A program made the position numbers and the translations under genes. DNA of 64,000 bases from a virus. The DNA lies in IMG/VR virus record IMGVR_UViG_3300020201_000015, positions 1 through 64,000 of that record; one strand, 5' to 3'. The notes beneath the pieces were generated by a model. It was not told where the DNA came from. It ran no database searches and worked only from the letters and a program-made list of their open reading frames with translations. Positions 40,971 through 50,548 of the stretch are shown in pieces (position 1 is the stretch's first letter; each line of letters starts with the position of its first letter).

Positions 40971-41374
40971 CGCCCGAGCAGTTTCGTGACTTGGCGATTG
41001 CGGCAATCGAGCGGCAGATCGCAGCAGGCGTGCAGCTCGTCTGGCATCACTGGGGCGTCACCGACGTCGACGGCGCCTCGCTGACGTGCGGGTGCGCGAT
41101 CACCTTGGCCGTTCAGGAAGCAGACCCAGCTGCGGCGCTGGTGGTGGCACTGAGCAGCAGCTCGCCAGAACAGCGGTTCGCCGCCGCGGCTACGGCGCTC
41201 GGGCTGACGCCAGAGCAGGTCGAGCTTTTCGTCGGCGGTTTCGACGACCCGACCGCCTTCGGCGAGCCGTCTGATGACCCGTGGTTCCTCGCCGGCGCCG
41301 CCGTGGCGGCGCGCTTCGCTCCTGTGGCGACCATCGAGTCTCTCGTGCTCGGGACCATGCAGGCATTGCCATGA
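40967..41374 (+). CDS. MTPE-family paralog 3
   Basis: Same N-terminus, CGCA, F..GFD. Confidence 0.7.
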   Translation: MTPEQFRDLAIAAIERQIAAGVQLVWHHWGVTDVDGASLTCGCAITLAVQEADPAAALVVALSSSSPEQRFAAAATALGLTPEQVELFVGGFDDPTAFGEPSDDPWFLAGAAVAARFAPVATIESLVLGTMQALP

Positions 41375-42639
41375 CATCGTCCATCATGAACATCCGCCTC
41401 CCCAGCGCGAGTAAGGTCAGCCTCGCGATGCGGTGCGCGTACAGCTTCTCACGACACGCGCCACGCATGCCGTGGGAACCTTCGTCGCCCGCCGCAGAGC
41501 ACGGCGTGGCGGTGCATTCGCTCGGCGAGGCAATCGTCGAGGCGGTCGTCGAGGGCATCGTCGAGGGCATCGTCCAGGCGATGACGGAAGCGATCGTCGA
41601 TGGCGTCATCGAGTGCTCGCCCGAGGTAGAGCCCTACCGCGACCCGCTTACCGAGGCCATCGCGATGCTGCGCGCCGAAGGCTGGGTCCTGGCGGCAGAA
41701 GTGCCGATGGCGTACTGGCCAGCTACCGGCTCCGCTCGCGCGCTCAAGAAGGGCGGCGGTCATCGGGCGTACGCCGACGTGAAGTCCCACGAGATGTCGG
41801 GGACGGCGGACATCGTCGGGGTGAAGCCGGGGCGGGTCATCGTCGTCGACATCAAGACCGGTCGCAGCGCACGGTCGCACTCGGCGCTTGAGACCGATCA
41901 ACTGCGCATGCTGGCCGTTGGGTTCGCGGCCATCTACGGCGCCACATCTGTCGAGGTCGCATTGCTCCACGTCGAGCCGGGCGACTACTACCTCGACCGC
42001 GGCGAGCTCTACGCGTGGGACCTGGAGGAGACGGCTGACTCGCTGCGCGCGCTGGCCGAGATGGCTGACCCTGTGCCGACGCCAGGCATGCACTGCACCA
42101 CGATGTGGTGCCCCATCCGCGCGGTGTGCCCGGCGACTCTCGTAGCAGTCCAGCGAATCGACGCGGAGGTAGCGCGCGCGTTCCCGGGCGCGATGACCAC
42201 GGTCGACAGCGACGACAAGGCCCGTGCGGCTCGCGTCGCGTTGCTGCTCTACGACGAGCGGGCGGACGCGCTCAAGGCATCGCTTGACGAGTACATCCGG
42301 CACCGCGGCGCGGTCGACATGGGCGACGGCACATCGTACGGGCTGACCGTCCAAGAGCGAGAGCGAGTCACGCTCGACGCCAGCGCCGTGCAGACGTTGG
42401 TCGACCACGGCGCACTCGAGGCGGTCGAGTACCGCACAAGCAAAGAGGCCATCAAGCGCTCGCTCGCGGCCCGGTATCCAGGCCGTGGTAAGTCGATCAA
42501 GCGGTTCCGCGACCTGCTCGATGCGCTTCGGGCGGCTGGTCACGTGAGGACCAGCGCGTTCGAGCGCTTCGACAGCATCAAGAACAACAGCAAGCAGAGC
42601 GACAGCTACGACAGCAACGAAGAGGAGAACGCGGCATGA
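41371..42639 (+). CDS. PD-(D/E)XK exonuclease (RecB/Cas4-like)
   Basis: GTADIV, VVDIKTG, QL..LA, C-terminal HC..WCP....CP. Confidence 0.8.
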   Translation: MTSSIMNIRLPSASKVSLAMRCAYSFSRHAPRMPWEPSSPAAEHGVAVHSLGEAIVEAVVEGIVEGIVQAMTEAIVDGVIECSPEVEPYRDPLTEAIAMLRAEGWVLAAEVPMAYWPATGSARALKKGGGHRAYADVKSHEMSGTADIVGVKPGRVIVVDIKTGRSARSHSALETDQLRMLAVGFAAIYGATSVEVALLHVEPGDYYLDRGELYAWDLEETADSLRALAEMADPVPTPGMHCTTMWCPIRAVCPATLVAVQRIDAEVARAFPGAMTTVDSDDKARAARVALLLYDERADALKASLDEYIRHRGAVDMGDGTSYGLTVQERERVTLDASAVQTLVDHGALEAVEYRTSKEAIKRSLAARYPGRGKSIKRFRDLLDALRAAGHVRTSAFERFDSIKNNSKQSDSYDSNEEENAA

Positions 42640-43079
42640 TCAGCGCAACGGTAGCGGGACGGATTGCAAGGGACGCAGAGCTGAAGATGGCGGGCCAGAC
42701 GCAGATCTGCGAGTTCAGCGTGCCGCACCAAGACAAGCGGGACGGCCCCACGACCTGGGTACGATGCACGATCTTCGGCGAGCGCGGCGCAAAGCTAGTG
42801 CAGTACCTGACCAAGGGCACCAGCGTCGCGGTGAGTGGCAGGCTCACGGTGCGGGAGTACGAGGGCGCCAAGGGTAAGGGCGTTAGCGTCGAGTTGAAGG
42901 CCGACGACGTGGCTCTACTCGGCGGCGGCACTCGCGCAGATGGCGCGGCGACCGGCGGTGGCGACAACGGCGCATCCCGCTACGGGACGAGCGGCCACGG
43001 TGCCAGCGCGAAGCATACCGGCTCGCAAGGAAAGTCGGACGACTTCGGCTACGGCGGCAACGACGACATCCCCTTCTGA
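42636..43079 (+). CDS. ssb: Single-stranded DNA-binding protein
   Basis: GRIARDAE, YLTKG..VAVSGRL, C-terminal DDIPF. Confidence 0.95.
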   Translation: MISATVAGRIARDAELKMAGQTQICEFSVPHQDKRDGPTTWVRCTIFGERGAKLVQYLTKGTSVAVSGRLTVREYEGAKGKGVSVELKADDVALLGGGTRADGAATGGGDNGASRYGTSGHGASAKHTGSQGKSDDFGYGGNDDIPF

Positions 43080-43145
43080 CTCTCCGCCACCTGTTCCAGC
43101 CCGCCCGGCAGCCGCAAGGCCCCGGGCTTGGGCCGTTGAGGCATC

Positions 43146-43475
43146 ATGACCCAGGCCAAGATCGAGTTTCAGTGCCCCAAGTGCGGCGCGTCTACGGAGG
43201 TTTGCAGCAAAGACTGCGAGCGCCGCCGCGGCACCTGCCCAGGGTTCGTCTGCGAATGCGACGACTACGACAGCGGCCCCCATCGCGGCCCCGATCACGG
43301 CGAGTCGTTTGCCAACGCATGCTCGTGCGCCTGCTGCGGCTGCTGCGGCTGGTCGGGGACGTTCCCGCAGAAGCCGAAGGGGTTACAGGCATGGGAGAAG
43401 AAGGCGCTGGAGGCCGGGTGGTGCCCGCCGGACCTGCGGGCCAAGGAACTGGGGATGAAAGGTGGCGACTCGTGA
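43146..43475 (+). CDS. Small Cys-rich protein
   Basis: Many cysteines; operon context. Confidence 0.55.
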   Translation: MTQAKIEFQCPKCGASTEVCSKDCERRRGTCPGFVCECDDYDSGPHRGPDHGESFANACSCACCGCCGWSGTFPQKPKGLQAWEKKALEAGWCPPDLRAKELGMKGGDS

Positions 43476-43857
43476 CTGCAACCGAAGACATTCGCGCCCT
43501 ACCGTTGTCCGTCGACGTGGAACTCGTGTTCGAGATTGAGCCGGCGACACACGCCAACGAGCCGAACGAACTGCGGCAGCAGTTGGCTAAGGCGCGAGCG
43601 CAGCGCGATGCCGTGGTGCATGCGGTAGGCGCAGGGTCGGTAGATCCTGACGTAGTAGCAGAGGCCATAGGCGTGTTGCGGTCGATGCGCGCAGCGAAAG
43701 AGAAGGCCGACGCTGATCGTGACGAGGCGCGTAGGCAACTCGCGATCGTCGAGGTCGAGCGCGACGAGGCGCTGGCGAAGCTCGATGCGGCGCGAGCGAT
43801 GGTGCGACTGACCCTCGCGGACGCAGTCGACTACGTGGCCGAGTGCGACCTCGTGCC

Positions 43858-44910
43858 ATGACTGACGAACTAACCGTCGACGAGCGCGCCATCGCGCTCC
43901 TGCGCAGAGAGAACGTGGCGCTTGGCGCGATGCTGAGCATGCGCGAGGACGAGCGCGACCATGCCATCCGCCAGCGCGAGTCGACGATCGAGAGCGGAAT
44001 CGTGCGGCACCTCAAGCTGCGCATCGAACGTGACGAGGCCCGCGCATCACGCGGCGAGGCCGAGGCCACCATCGCCGAGCTGCGCCGCGAGCGCGACGGT
44101 TGGGAGCTGGGCGCCGCCGAGCGCGCCCGCGACGACGCGGCTATCCTCGAGGGGCGGCAACACCAGCTGAAGGCCATGTGCCGCGAGCGCGACGAGGCCC
44201 GTAGCGAGCGCGACTCGGCGCAGTCGAGCGAGTGCGAGGTCAGAGATCTGCGCGGCAAGCTGGCCGCCGTCGTCGCCGAACTCGGGGACATCGCGACCCG
44301 CCGCAAGGCAGCACTGCGCGGCGAGGATGCGGCGCGCGCCGACATGGCAGTCGCGTTAGCTGGCGTCGTCGCCGAGCGAGACGCGGCGCTACTCAAGCTC
44401 GTGCTCGCCGAGTCCACCATCGAGGGTGGTCGCGCCGCCGCCGCAGAAGAGCGCCGGCGCCTGTCCGATGTGGCAGACGTCTGTACCGAGCAGGTGCTGC
44501 TCGCCGATGCCACCATCGACGAGTTGCGCCGCGAGCGCGACGAGGCGCAGGCGAAGCTCGAAGCGGTGCGGGCGCGTGTGCAGAGCGCCGGAGCGCTCTG
44601 GGTCACGTACGAGGTCGCCGACAGGGAGACCGCCGCCGAAGTGGCGGCCGCCTACGCGCTAGCCGAGGCCTTCGGCGCGATGAGCGGCGAACTGCTCGGC
44701 GCTCATGCGGAGCCGCGAGCACATGTCGACGCGATAGCGGCAGGACCGCCTCCGATCTCGGCGAGCTGGGAAGGCCGCATCCGGAAGCTGGAGGCGGCAG
44801 AGCGACAGCGCGCCTGCGCCGACGACGGCCACGCCAGCCACCGCTGGGAGCAGGACCCGAGCACCGGCTGGCTCCTGTGCCTCCGATGCGGAGAAGAGAA
44901 AAGTCCATGA
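43858..44910 (+). CDS. Coiled-coil protein with ERDEA repeats
   Basis: Repeated (L)RRERDEA heptads; C-terminal CLRC. Confidence 0.65.
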   Translation: MTDELTVDERAIALLRRENVALGAMLSMREDERDHAIRQRESTIESGIVRHLKLRIERDEARASRGEAEATIAELRRERDGWELGAAERARDDAAILEGRQHQLKAMCRERDEARSERDSAQSSECEVRDLRGKLAAVVAELGDIATRRKAALRGEDAARADMAVALAGVVAERDAALLKLVLAESTIEGGRAAAAEERRRLSDVADVCTEQVLLADATIDELRRERDEAQAKLEAVRARVQSAGALWVTYEVADRETAAEVAAAYALAEAFGAMSGELLGAHAEPRAHVDAIAAGPPPISASWEGRIRKLEAAERQRACADDGHASHRWEQDPSTGWLLCLRCGEEKSP

Positions 44911-45500
44911 AAACCAGGCCGATCTTGTTCAGCGGACCGATGGTTCGAGCTTTGTTGGCAGGGTCGAAGACCCAGACGCGCCGGCTCGTGAAGGCGCGCG
45001 CAGCCCCATACGGCGCAGCTGGCGACCGCCTCTACGTGCGCGAGACCTGGTGCGAATGGGCCAGTCGCGAAGCGCGGTACCGCGCCGACTTTAAGCCTCG
45101 CTATGGCGCGCACGAACGCGACATGCCCGGCATGATCGAGCGGGTCGAGCAATGGAAGCCGTCGATCTTCATGCCGCGGTGGGCATCGCGCATCCTCCTC
45201 GATGTCACGTCGGTGCGAGTCGAGAAGCTGCAAGCAATCACCGAGGAGGACGCGCGCGCAGAGGGCCTCACGAGGCTCAGCAAGGACGGCGGAAGGACCT
45301 GGAAGTGGGGCCTCGCAGACCGAGACGGCTTGCCCGGTACCGACGACGACGGCATGGAGTGGCAGGACTGGGACGTCGATGCGCGACGCCCTTATGCCAA
45401 GCTCTGGGATCGGATCAACGGCGACCGCGCGCCGTGGGAGTCCGACCCGATGGTCTGGGTCATCGGCTTTCGGCGGGCCGAAGCGAAGGAGGCGAAGTGA
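44907..45500 (+). CDS. ASCH/PUA-like phage protein
   Basis: PILFSGPMVRALL.GSKTQTRR, GDRLYVRETW, PSIFMPRWASRI.L, W..DP.VWVI.F. Confidence 0.85.
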   Translation: MKTRPILFSGPMVRALLAGSKTQTRRLVKARAAPYGAAGDRLYVRETWCEWASREARYRADFKPRYGAHERDMPGMIERVEQWKPSIFMPRWASRILLDVTSVRVEKLQAITEEDARAEGLTRLSKDGGRTWKWGLADRDGLPGTDDDGMEWQDWDVDARRPYAKLWDRINGDRAPWESDPMVWVIGFRRAEAKEAK

Positions 45501-46537
45501 TGGACTACGACGATCACGAGCAGTACTCGCCGAGGTACGCCTCGGACCAGGCCTACTGGCGAGGCGTGAAGGCCACTCAGTTCCTTCATCTGGCAGCTGG
45601 CTCACCGCTCCCGCATGACGCCGAGGGCGGCGACATCCCGCCCAAGGCGCAGCCCGGTAGCAGCTGCGCATCGTGCGGCGCGGTCGCCATGTATCGCCTC
45701 GACCAGTCGATATCTGACAACTTCACCACGATGAAGAACAACTCCAGGGCATGGCCAGTGGGCGGCGACTCGATCTGCGCAGCGTGCCTTTGGTGCTGCC
45801 GCTCGCTCGCGCTTCGATGCGGGCTGTTCTTCGCTCGCCTACCCGACGATCGTGGGCGCGGTGGGATCTGGTTCACGCCCGTCCGTCCGCTACCAGGATG
45901 GGAGAATCCGAAACCCGGCGCCACGGAAACGTGGCCCGTCATGGGTCGCCCGGACCCGCTCGCGGCGCTGCTCGCCCCGCCTCCGGCCCCGTTCGTTGCA
46001 GGGTTCCCTCTCTATGGCATCGACCACGGCGGAGAGGCGAACAGCCAGCGCGTGGTGTGGCAGTGGACCAACGAGGACGGGACGCAGCGGAGGCACGTGC
46101 CGGGCATGTCCGAGAAGATGAAGCTCCAAAAGGACGGCACGAAGAAGCTCGAGACCGTCGGGCCGCTCATCAAGATCCAGAGCAAGCACACCGCGCTCTA
46201 CTGCCGCATCTCCGGGTCCTCGGAGCGCTACCACCTTCAGGTCGACGACGCCCTCGATGTGATGGTCGACGTCCCGCTGTGGCGCTCGCTCCTGTCGTTT
46301 GCCGAGCCTCTGCTGGATGACCTTCGCGGCGCCGGCGTCGGCGCGCAGGACGCCCGCGCATCTCTCGTGTCGCTCAAGCCTCCGGCGGGCGCGCCGATAT
46401 CTCTCTTGTCGACTTGGAGCGCGCGCGTAGCGCCATTCGTTAGGCACGCGTCCGCTTCGTGGTGGAGTCGCGTGTTCGTCGCACTGATGCCGATGCCTGA
46501 TCTCGTGATCCAACCCAAGAAAGACCGTGCAACATGA
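45500..46537 (+). CDS. csf1: Type IV CRISPR-Cas large subunit Csf1 (Cas8-like)
   Basis: CASCG...SDNFT...ICAAC Zn finger, LLAPPPAPF, SKH; first gene of the RAMP operon. Confidence 0.75.
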   Translation: MDYDDHEQYSPRYASDQAYWRGVKATQFLHLAAGSPLPHDAEGGDIPPKAQPGSSCASCGAVAMYRLDQSISDNFTTMKNNSRAWPVGGDSICAACLWCCRSLALRCGLFFARLPDDRGRGGIWFTPVRPLPGWENPKPGATETWPVMGRPDPLAALLAPPPAPFVAGFPLYGIDHGGEANSQRVVWQWTNEDGTQRRHVPGMSEKMKLQKDGTKKLETVGPLIKIQSKHTALYCRISGSSERYHLQVDDALDVMVDVPLWRSLLSFAEPLLDDLRGAGVGAQDARASLVSLKPPAGAPISLLSTWSARVAPFVRHASASWWSRVFVALMPMPDLVIQPKKDRAT

Positions 46538-48042
46538 CCACCGTTCGGGATATCGAGATCGCCCGCGCCCGCGCTAGCTACCTGTTCCGCGCGTTCTGGA
46601 AGCGCATCGAGTGGGAGTCTCTCGGGAAGGACCGTCGACGAGGTATCACCAAGGAGGCGCAGGAGGCGCTGTGGCCGATCGCGCTCTCGTCGCGGTCGAC
46701 GCTCGAGGTGTGCCGCGCCTTCGCGACGCGCTTCGAGGTCCAGCTGTCAGGTACCGAGTACGACGCGCCTCCGTACGCTTGGATTCACAAGAGTTTCATC
46801 GCCGATGGCACGCCAAGTGAAGCGCGGGCGAACATGCCGCCGGACCACGTCGCTGTGCGATGGGACTTCCTCGCGCGCACGATTGACTTCGCCGCGCTGC
46901 GGCTCGTCGTGCATGAGAACCCGGCGCTGATCATCACGTTCGCCGCGATGGATCCGATCGACGGCGAGGCAGATCTGTTTCCACTGCCCGATGACGAGGG
47001 TGCGGACGGCGCGCACTGGGCCGCGCCGCTCCCCGAGCGGATGATCTCGCCGCGCGTGTTCCGCGCCTGCTGGACCACGCTCTCGCCGATGTTTCATGGC
47101 GCCGACGAGAAGAGCGGCAACGTGCTCACGTTCCGCCGCGAGAAGCGCGTGGACCCGCACACTGGGGCGATCGATCTCGTGCCGTTCATCTCTGGCAACG
47201 CGTTCCGCGGGCAGCTTCGCGACCGGCTCTTCGGTCGGATGCTGATGTTGCTCGGGATGAAGCCGACCGACCTGCCGCCGGCGCGAGCGCATGCGCTCTT
47301 CTCCGGCGGCGCGATCGACGCAGGCGCAGATGGCGGCAAGGCAGACGTGACGGCTCGTCGCGCAGCCAGGTCGCTCGCCCCGGCGTGGGATCTCATCGCT
47401 GGATGCATCGACCAGCAGATCATGGAGGGCGTGCTGCGCGTCCACGACGCACACCTTGTCTGCCGCGAGAACGCATGGCTACTCCACGCGATGCTGTCTC
47501 CGACGCTGCCAGACGGCTCTTCGATGCCGCTCGACACCTTCCGCGCCGCGCTCAAGCCGGCTGACGACCTGACGCAATTGCGGCTCGGGACTCGTCACGC
47601 CCACCGCGACTTCGACGCCGCCGACGGCATCCAGATGTTGTGGAACACGGAGGGCATCCTGCCGGGGTCGCAGATGGTCCACTCGCTTCAGGTACACGGC
47701 ATGGCTGGTGTTTCCGAGCTGACTCTGTCGTGCCTCGCTGACGTGCTCGCGGACTTTCGCGATGACGCCTTCGTCGGCGCGCAGACGGCCAGAGGGTACG
47801 GGCGGATCGCGTTCGACCCGTATCGATCGCTCGATGTCGAACTGCCTTCGCCAGACGTCTACAGGCAATTCCTGCTGGAGAAGGCAGACGAGATCAAGGC
47901 TTGGCTCATGGGCGGCAATGGCGGGACACAGGTCGTCGCGGCGGGCGCGTCGACCGGGAGGCGCAGCAAGAAGAGCGCGGTCGAGGTCGTCACGGATTCG
48001 ATCGTCACAGAGTCCGCCTCGCTGCAAGGCGGGCTGTTCTGA
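46534..48042 (+). CDS. csf2: Csf2 (Cas7) backbone with an N-terminal Cas11-like helical domain
   Basis: LSPMFHG, VPFISGNAFRGQLR, LFSGG, QM....E....G, G...ARGYG; extra ~170 aa at the N-terminus. Confidence 0.9.
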   Translation: MTTVRDIEIARARASYLFRAFWKRIEWESLGKDRRRGITKEAQEALWPIALSSRSTLEVCRAFATRFEVQLSGTEYDAPPYAWIHKSFIADGTPSEARANMPPDHVAVRWDFLARTIDFAALRLVVHENPALIITFAAMDPIDGEADLFPLPDDEGADGAHWAAPLPERMISPRVFRACWTTLSPMFHGADEKSGNVLTFRREKRVDPHTGAIDLVPFISGNAFRGQLRDRLFGRMLMLLGMKPTDLPPARAHALFSGGAIDAGADGGKADVTARRAARSLAPAWDLIAGCIDQQIMEGVLRVHDAHLVCRENAWLLHAMLSPTLPDGSSMPLDTFRAALKPADDLTQLRLGTRHAHRDFDAADGIQMLWNTEGILPGSQMVHSLQVHGMAGVSELTLSCLADVLADFRDDAFVGAQTARGYGRIAFDPYRSLDVELPSPDVYRQFLLEKADEIKAWLMGGNGGTQVVAAGASTGRRSKKSAVEVVTDSIVTESASLQGGLF

Positions 48043-48806
48043 TGTCCTGGCTCCGGCACAACCTGGGGTGGCTCCAACGCGCCGGCGAGCGATGGGGCTG
48101 CGCCCACGCGGAGCCGCTGCGCTTGCGGGCGTGGATGGCTTCTCCGGTCATCTGGGACGCGTACGATGGGCTGCGACTTGAGGGCGCTCTTCAGTACGCG
48201 GTAGTCGCGCTCGAGTCTGGCAGCGTGCCTAGCGACGTCTTCGCCGATGCGCCGCGGGACATCGCCGTCGACATCCCGATCCCGATCGTCGACGTGGAGA
48301 TAGGCGGGAGGCGGATCGCGTGCGCCTCGGTCGCCTTGGCTCCGCCATGCGCCATCGAGACGGTGCGATTCATCCGCCGGCGAGCGCGAGTCGAGGCGCT
48401 TGCTGTCGGCAAGGTGCTGATCTCGGGCGGTCCGTACAAGTCGACGAACATCCCCAAGGCGACGGTGACGACGCCGTGGGTCGACTTCTTCGTGCGCGGA
48501 GATCGGGCTCGCCTGGCGACGCTGCTCAAGGACGTCTCCTCGCTGTCCGCCTCTCGCGCAGGTGGGCTCGGCGTCGTGCTCGGGTGGCAGATCGACGATG
48601 ACCCGGACGACCGGTCTTTGGTCTACCGCGACGCGCCGCAGCGCACGCTTCCGCTGGTCTCGGACGGCGGCGAGTGGGACCTGCAACGGTTCGACCCGAC
48701 GACATACGAGATCCGCGAGGCGACGACGCGGGCGCCGTACTGGCATCAGCGGAGCAGGGCGGAGTGCCTGACGCCTGTGCCCCGCAGAGAGGCGGCGGCA
48801 GCGTGA
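48042..48806 (+). CDS. csf3: Csf3 (Cas5-like RAMP)
   Basis: PLRL.A....P, L.LEGAL, GPYK, GD...L..LL, R..G.G.V..W, RAPYW. Confidence 0.85.
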   Translation: MSWLRHNLGWLQRAGERWGCAHAEPLRLRAWMASPVIWDAYDGLRLEGALQYAVVALESGSVPSDVFADAPRDIAVDIPIPIVDVEIGGRRIACASVALAPPCAIETVRFIRRRARVEALAVGKVLISGGPYKSTNIPKATVTTPWVDFFVRGDRARLATLLKDVSSLSASRAGGLGVVLGWQIDDDPDDRSLVYRDAPQRTLPLVSDGGEWDLQRFDPTTYEIREATTRAPYWHQRSRAECLTPVPRREAAAA

Positions 48807-49558
48807 CGGGTGCCTTCGACCTCCGTGAGCTGCCGTCCTTCGCGTCGGATCCGTGGTTCGCTCCGCCTCCCGCGTTCGACTCGTGGATGCCTGGCGGGGC
48901 ATGTGAGCTGCGCATGTCGCAGTCGGCAACGCTGACCCAGGTGCATGGCGCAGTGTCCGCTGTGCTCGGGGACAGCGGAGTCGACCACGGCCGGCGGTTC
49001 TCTCCGTTTGCGCTCGACGTCGACGGTCTCCGGAGGGTGAGGCTGATTCTACACACCGAAGAGGCCGCGGCGGTCATCGCGCACGGACGGTTTCAGACCA
49101 TGGTAGGCGACCGGCGGGCGACTCTGAGCGTAGGGCCACTGCAACGCATCCGGGCGCCAGTGGTCCATGGACTCGGGCCGCGCAGGGTCAGAGTCGAAGC
49201 GCTCACGCCGGTGCTGATCCGGCATCGCGTGACCGACGAAACGAGGCCGAGCGGCAAGGTCACGCTGACCTATCGGAGCGGCCACACCGACCAGATCGCG
49301 AATGCGGTTGGTGTGCAATTTTGCGAGCGCCTCGGGCTCCCATACGTCGAGTTGCTCCGAATGGAACACGTCGACTCGAGCACGTCACCTGCGGTGGTGA
49401 ACCTCGGGCGCAAGATCAAAGGAATAGCCGGATGGGTCGGAACGGTCGACCTGCGTACGAACGGGGTCGGCGAGTGGCTGCTGCGCGCGGCCGAGATCAT
49501 GGGGCTCGGCGGACGGACCGCCTACGGCCTTGGCAGGGTGAGGGTCACGCGATGCTAG
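48803..49558 (+). CDS. cas6: Cas6-family endoribonuclease
   Basis: TPV..R, GWVG, C-terminal Gly-rich loop GLGGRTAYGLGRV. Confidence 0.8.
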   Translation: MTGAFDLRELPSFASDPWFAPPPAFDSWMPGGACELRMSQSATLTQVHGAVSAVLGDSGVDHGRRFSPFALDVDGLRRVRLILHTEEAAAVIAHGRFQTMVGDRRATLSVGPLQRIRAPVVHGLGPRRVRVEALTPVLIRHRVTDETRPSGKVTLTYRSGHTDQIANAVGVQFCERLGLPYVELLRMEHVDSSTSPAVVNLGRKIKGIAGWVGTVDLRTNGVGEWLLRAAEIMGLGGRTAYGLGRVRVTRC

Positions 49559-49848
49559 CTGACGCCGTCGTGAACGTGATGTGCCACTGCGGGTCAGCTG
49601 TCGCCCGTGGCCGACAGCTCTACTGCTCCGCTCGCTGCGCCGAGGTCGCATGGGTCGAGAAAACCACCGATCGAGTCGTCGCCGCCAACCGCGCCCGCAT
49701 CGCTGCCCGTCAGGGCCCGTGTCGCGTGTGCCAGAGTCCGATCGCAGGCTACCGCTGGCGCGAGACGTGCTCGCGCAAGTGCTACAGGCGGCTCTTCGTT
49801 TACCGGCAATGGAAGGAGTGGCCGACGTCTCAAGATCGCTTGCGCTAG
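49552..49848 (+). CDS. Small Zn-finger protein
   Basis: CHCG...YCSARC; CRVC...TCSRKC. Confidence 0.6.
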   Translation: MLADAVVNVMCHCGSAVARGRQLYCSARCAEVAWVEKTTDRVVAANRARIAARQGPCRVCQSPIAGYRWRETCSRKCYRRLFVYRQWKEWPTSQDRLR

Positions 49849-49915
49849 CGGTATCCTAGCGCGTACAGTCCTGATCGACTGAAGCGGCGGCGCGGTGCTG
49901 ATACACCCGCCGCCA
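49840..49915 (+). promoter_or_regulatory. Putative promoter with palindromic operator and leader hairpin
   Basis: TTGCGC-N18-TACAGT; GCGCTAG-N7-CTAGCGC; GGCGGCG..GGTG-CTGATA-CACC-CGCCGCC hairpin. Confidence 0.5.
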
Positions 49916-49945
49916 TGGCCAGACCCTCTTCCAAGGATCCGACTC

Positions 49946-50548
49946 GTGAGTCATAGCACCAGTTACCGAGTGCAAGTCGGCGACATACAGAACGGCTCCC
50001 CGATCGACTTGCTCATGCGCGGCGAGAAGGCCGACATCGTCTACTCGGACCCGCCATGGGGACAGGGGAACCTGACCTACTGGCGGACCCACAACGGAGA
50101 GCGCGAGCGAGTCTCATGGGTCGACTTCATTGGCACGTTTTGCGCTGCCGTTGTCGCTCACGCGAAGCCCGGCGCCCACGTGTTCGTGGAGATGGGCGAG
50201 CGATGGGTCGACGAGATGGCAGCGATATTTGAGGCGCTAGGCCTGCCAGAGTCTCAGCGCTGGCGATGCTTCTACAGCAATCCGAAGTTGCCCAACGTCC
50301 TGTGGTACTCGGGACCAGGCACCACTGCCAATCCGTCTGGCATGAGCGGGGTGGCGATGACGGCTCACGTGCTGCGCTCGGTCGCAACAGTCGGCGCTCT
50401 CGTGCTCGATCCGTGTTGCGGCAAGGGCATGACCGGCCGCACCGCGATGCGCCTCGGGATGCGCTTCGCTGGCAACGAGCTAAACCCGAAGCGACTCGCC
50501 GTGACCCAGTCGTGGTGCGAGCGCTACGTGGCGGGCAAGACGCGATGA
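49946..50548 (+). CDS. Small amino-methyltransferase (beta-class order, N4C/N6A type)
   Basis: DIVYSDPPW before VLDPCCGKG; little room for a TRD. Confidence 0.8.
   Translation: MSHSTSYRVQVGDIQNGSPIDLLMRGEKADIVYSDPPWGQGNLTYWRTHNGERERVSWVDFIGTFCAAVVAHAKPGAHVFVEMGERWVDEMAAIFEALGLPESQRWRCFYSNPKLPNVLWYSGPGTTANPSGMSGVAMTAHVLRSVATVGALVLDPCCGKGMTGRTAMRLGMRFAGNELNPKRLAVTQSWCERYVAGKTR

Noticed and set aside
41371-42639. Cas4 as an adaptation gene of the type IV locus
   Set aside because: It sits in an ordinary ATPase-nuclease-SSB recombination module, and there is no cas1/cas2
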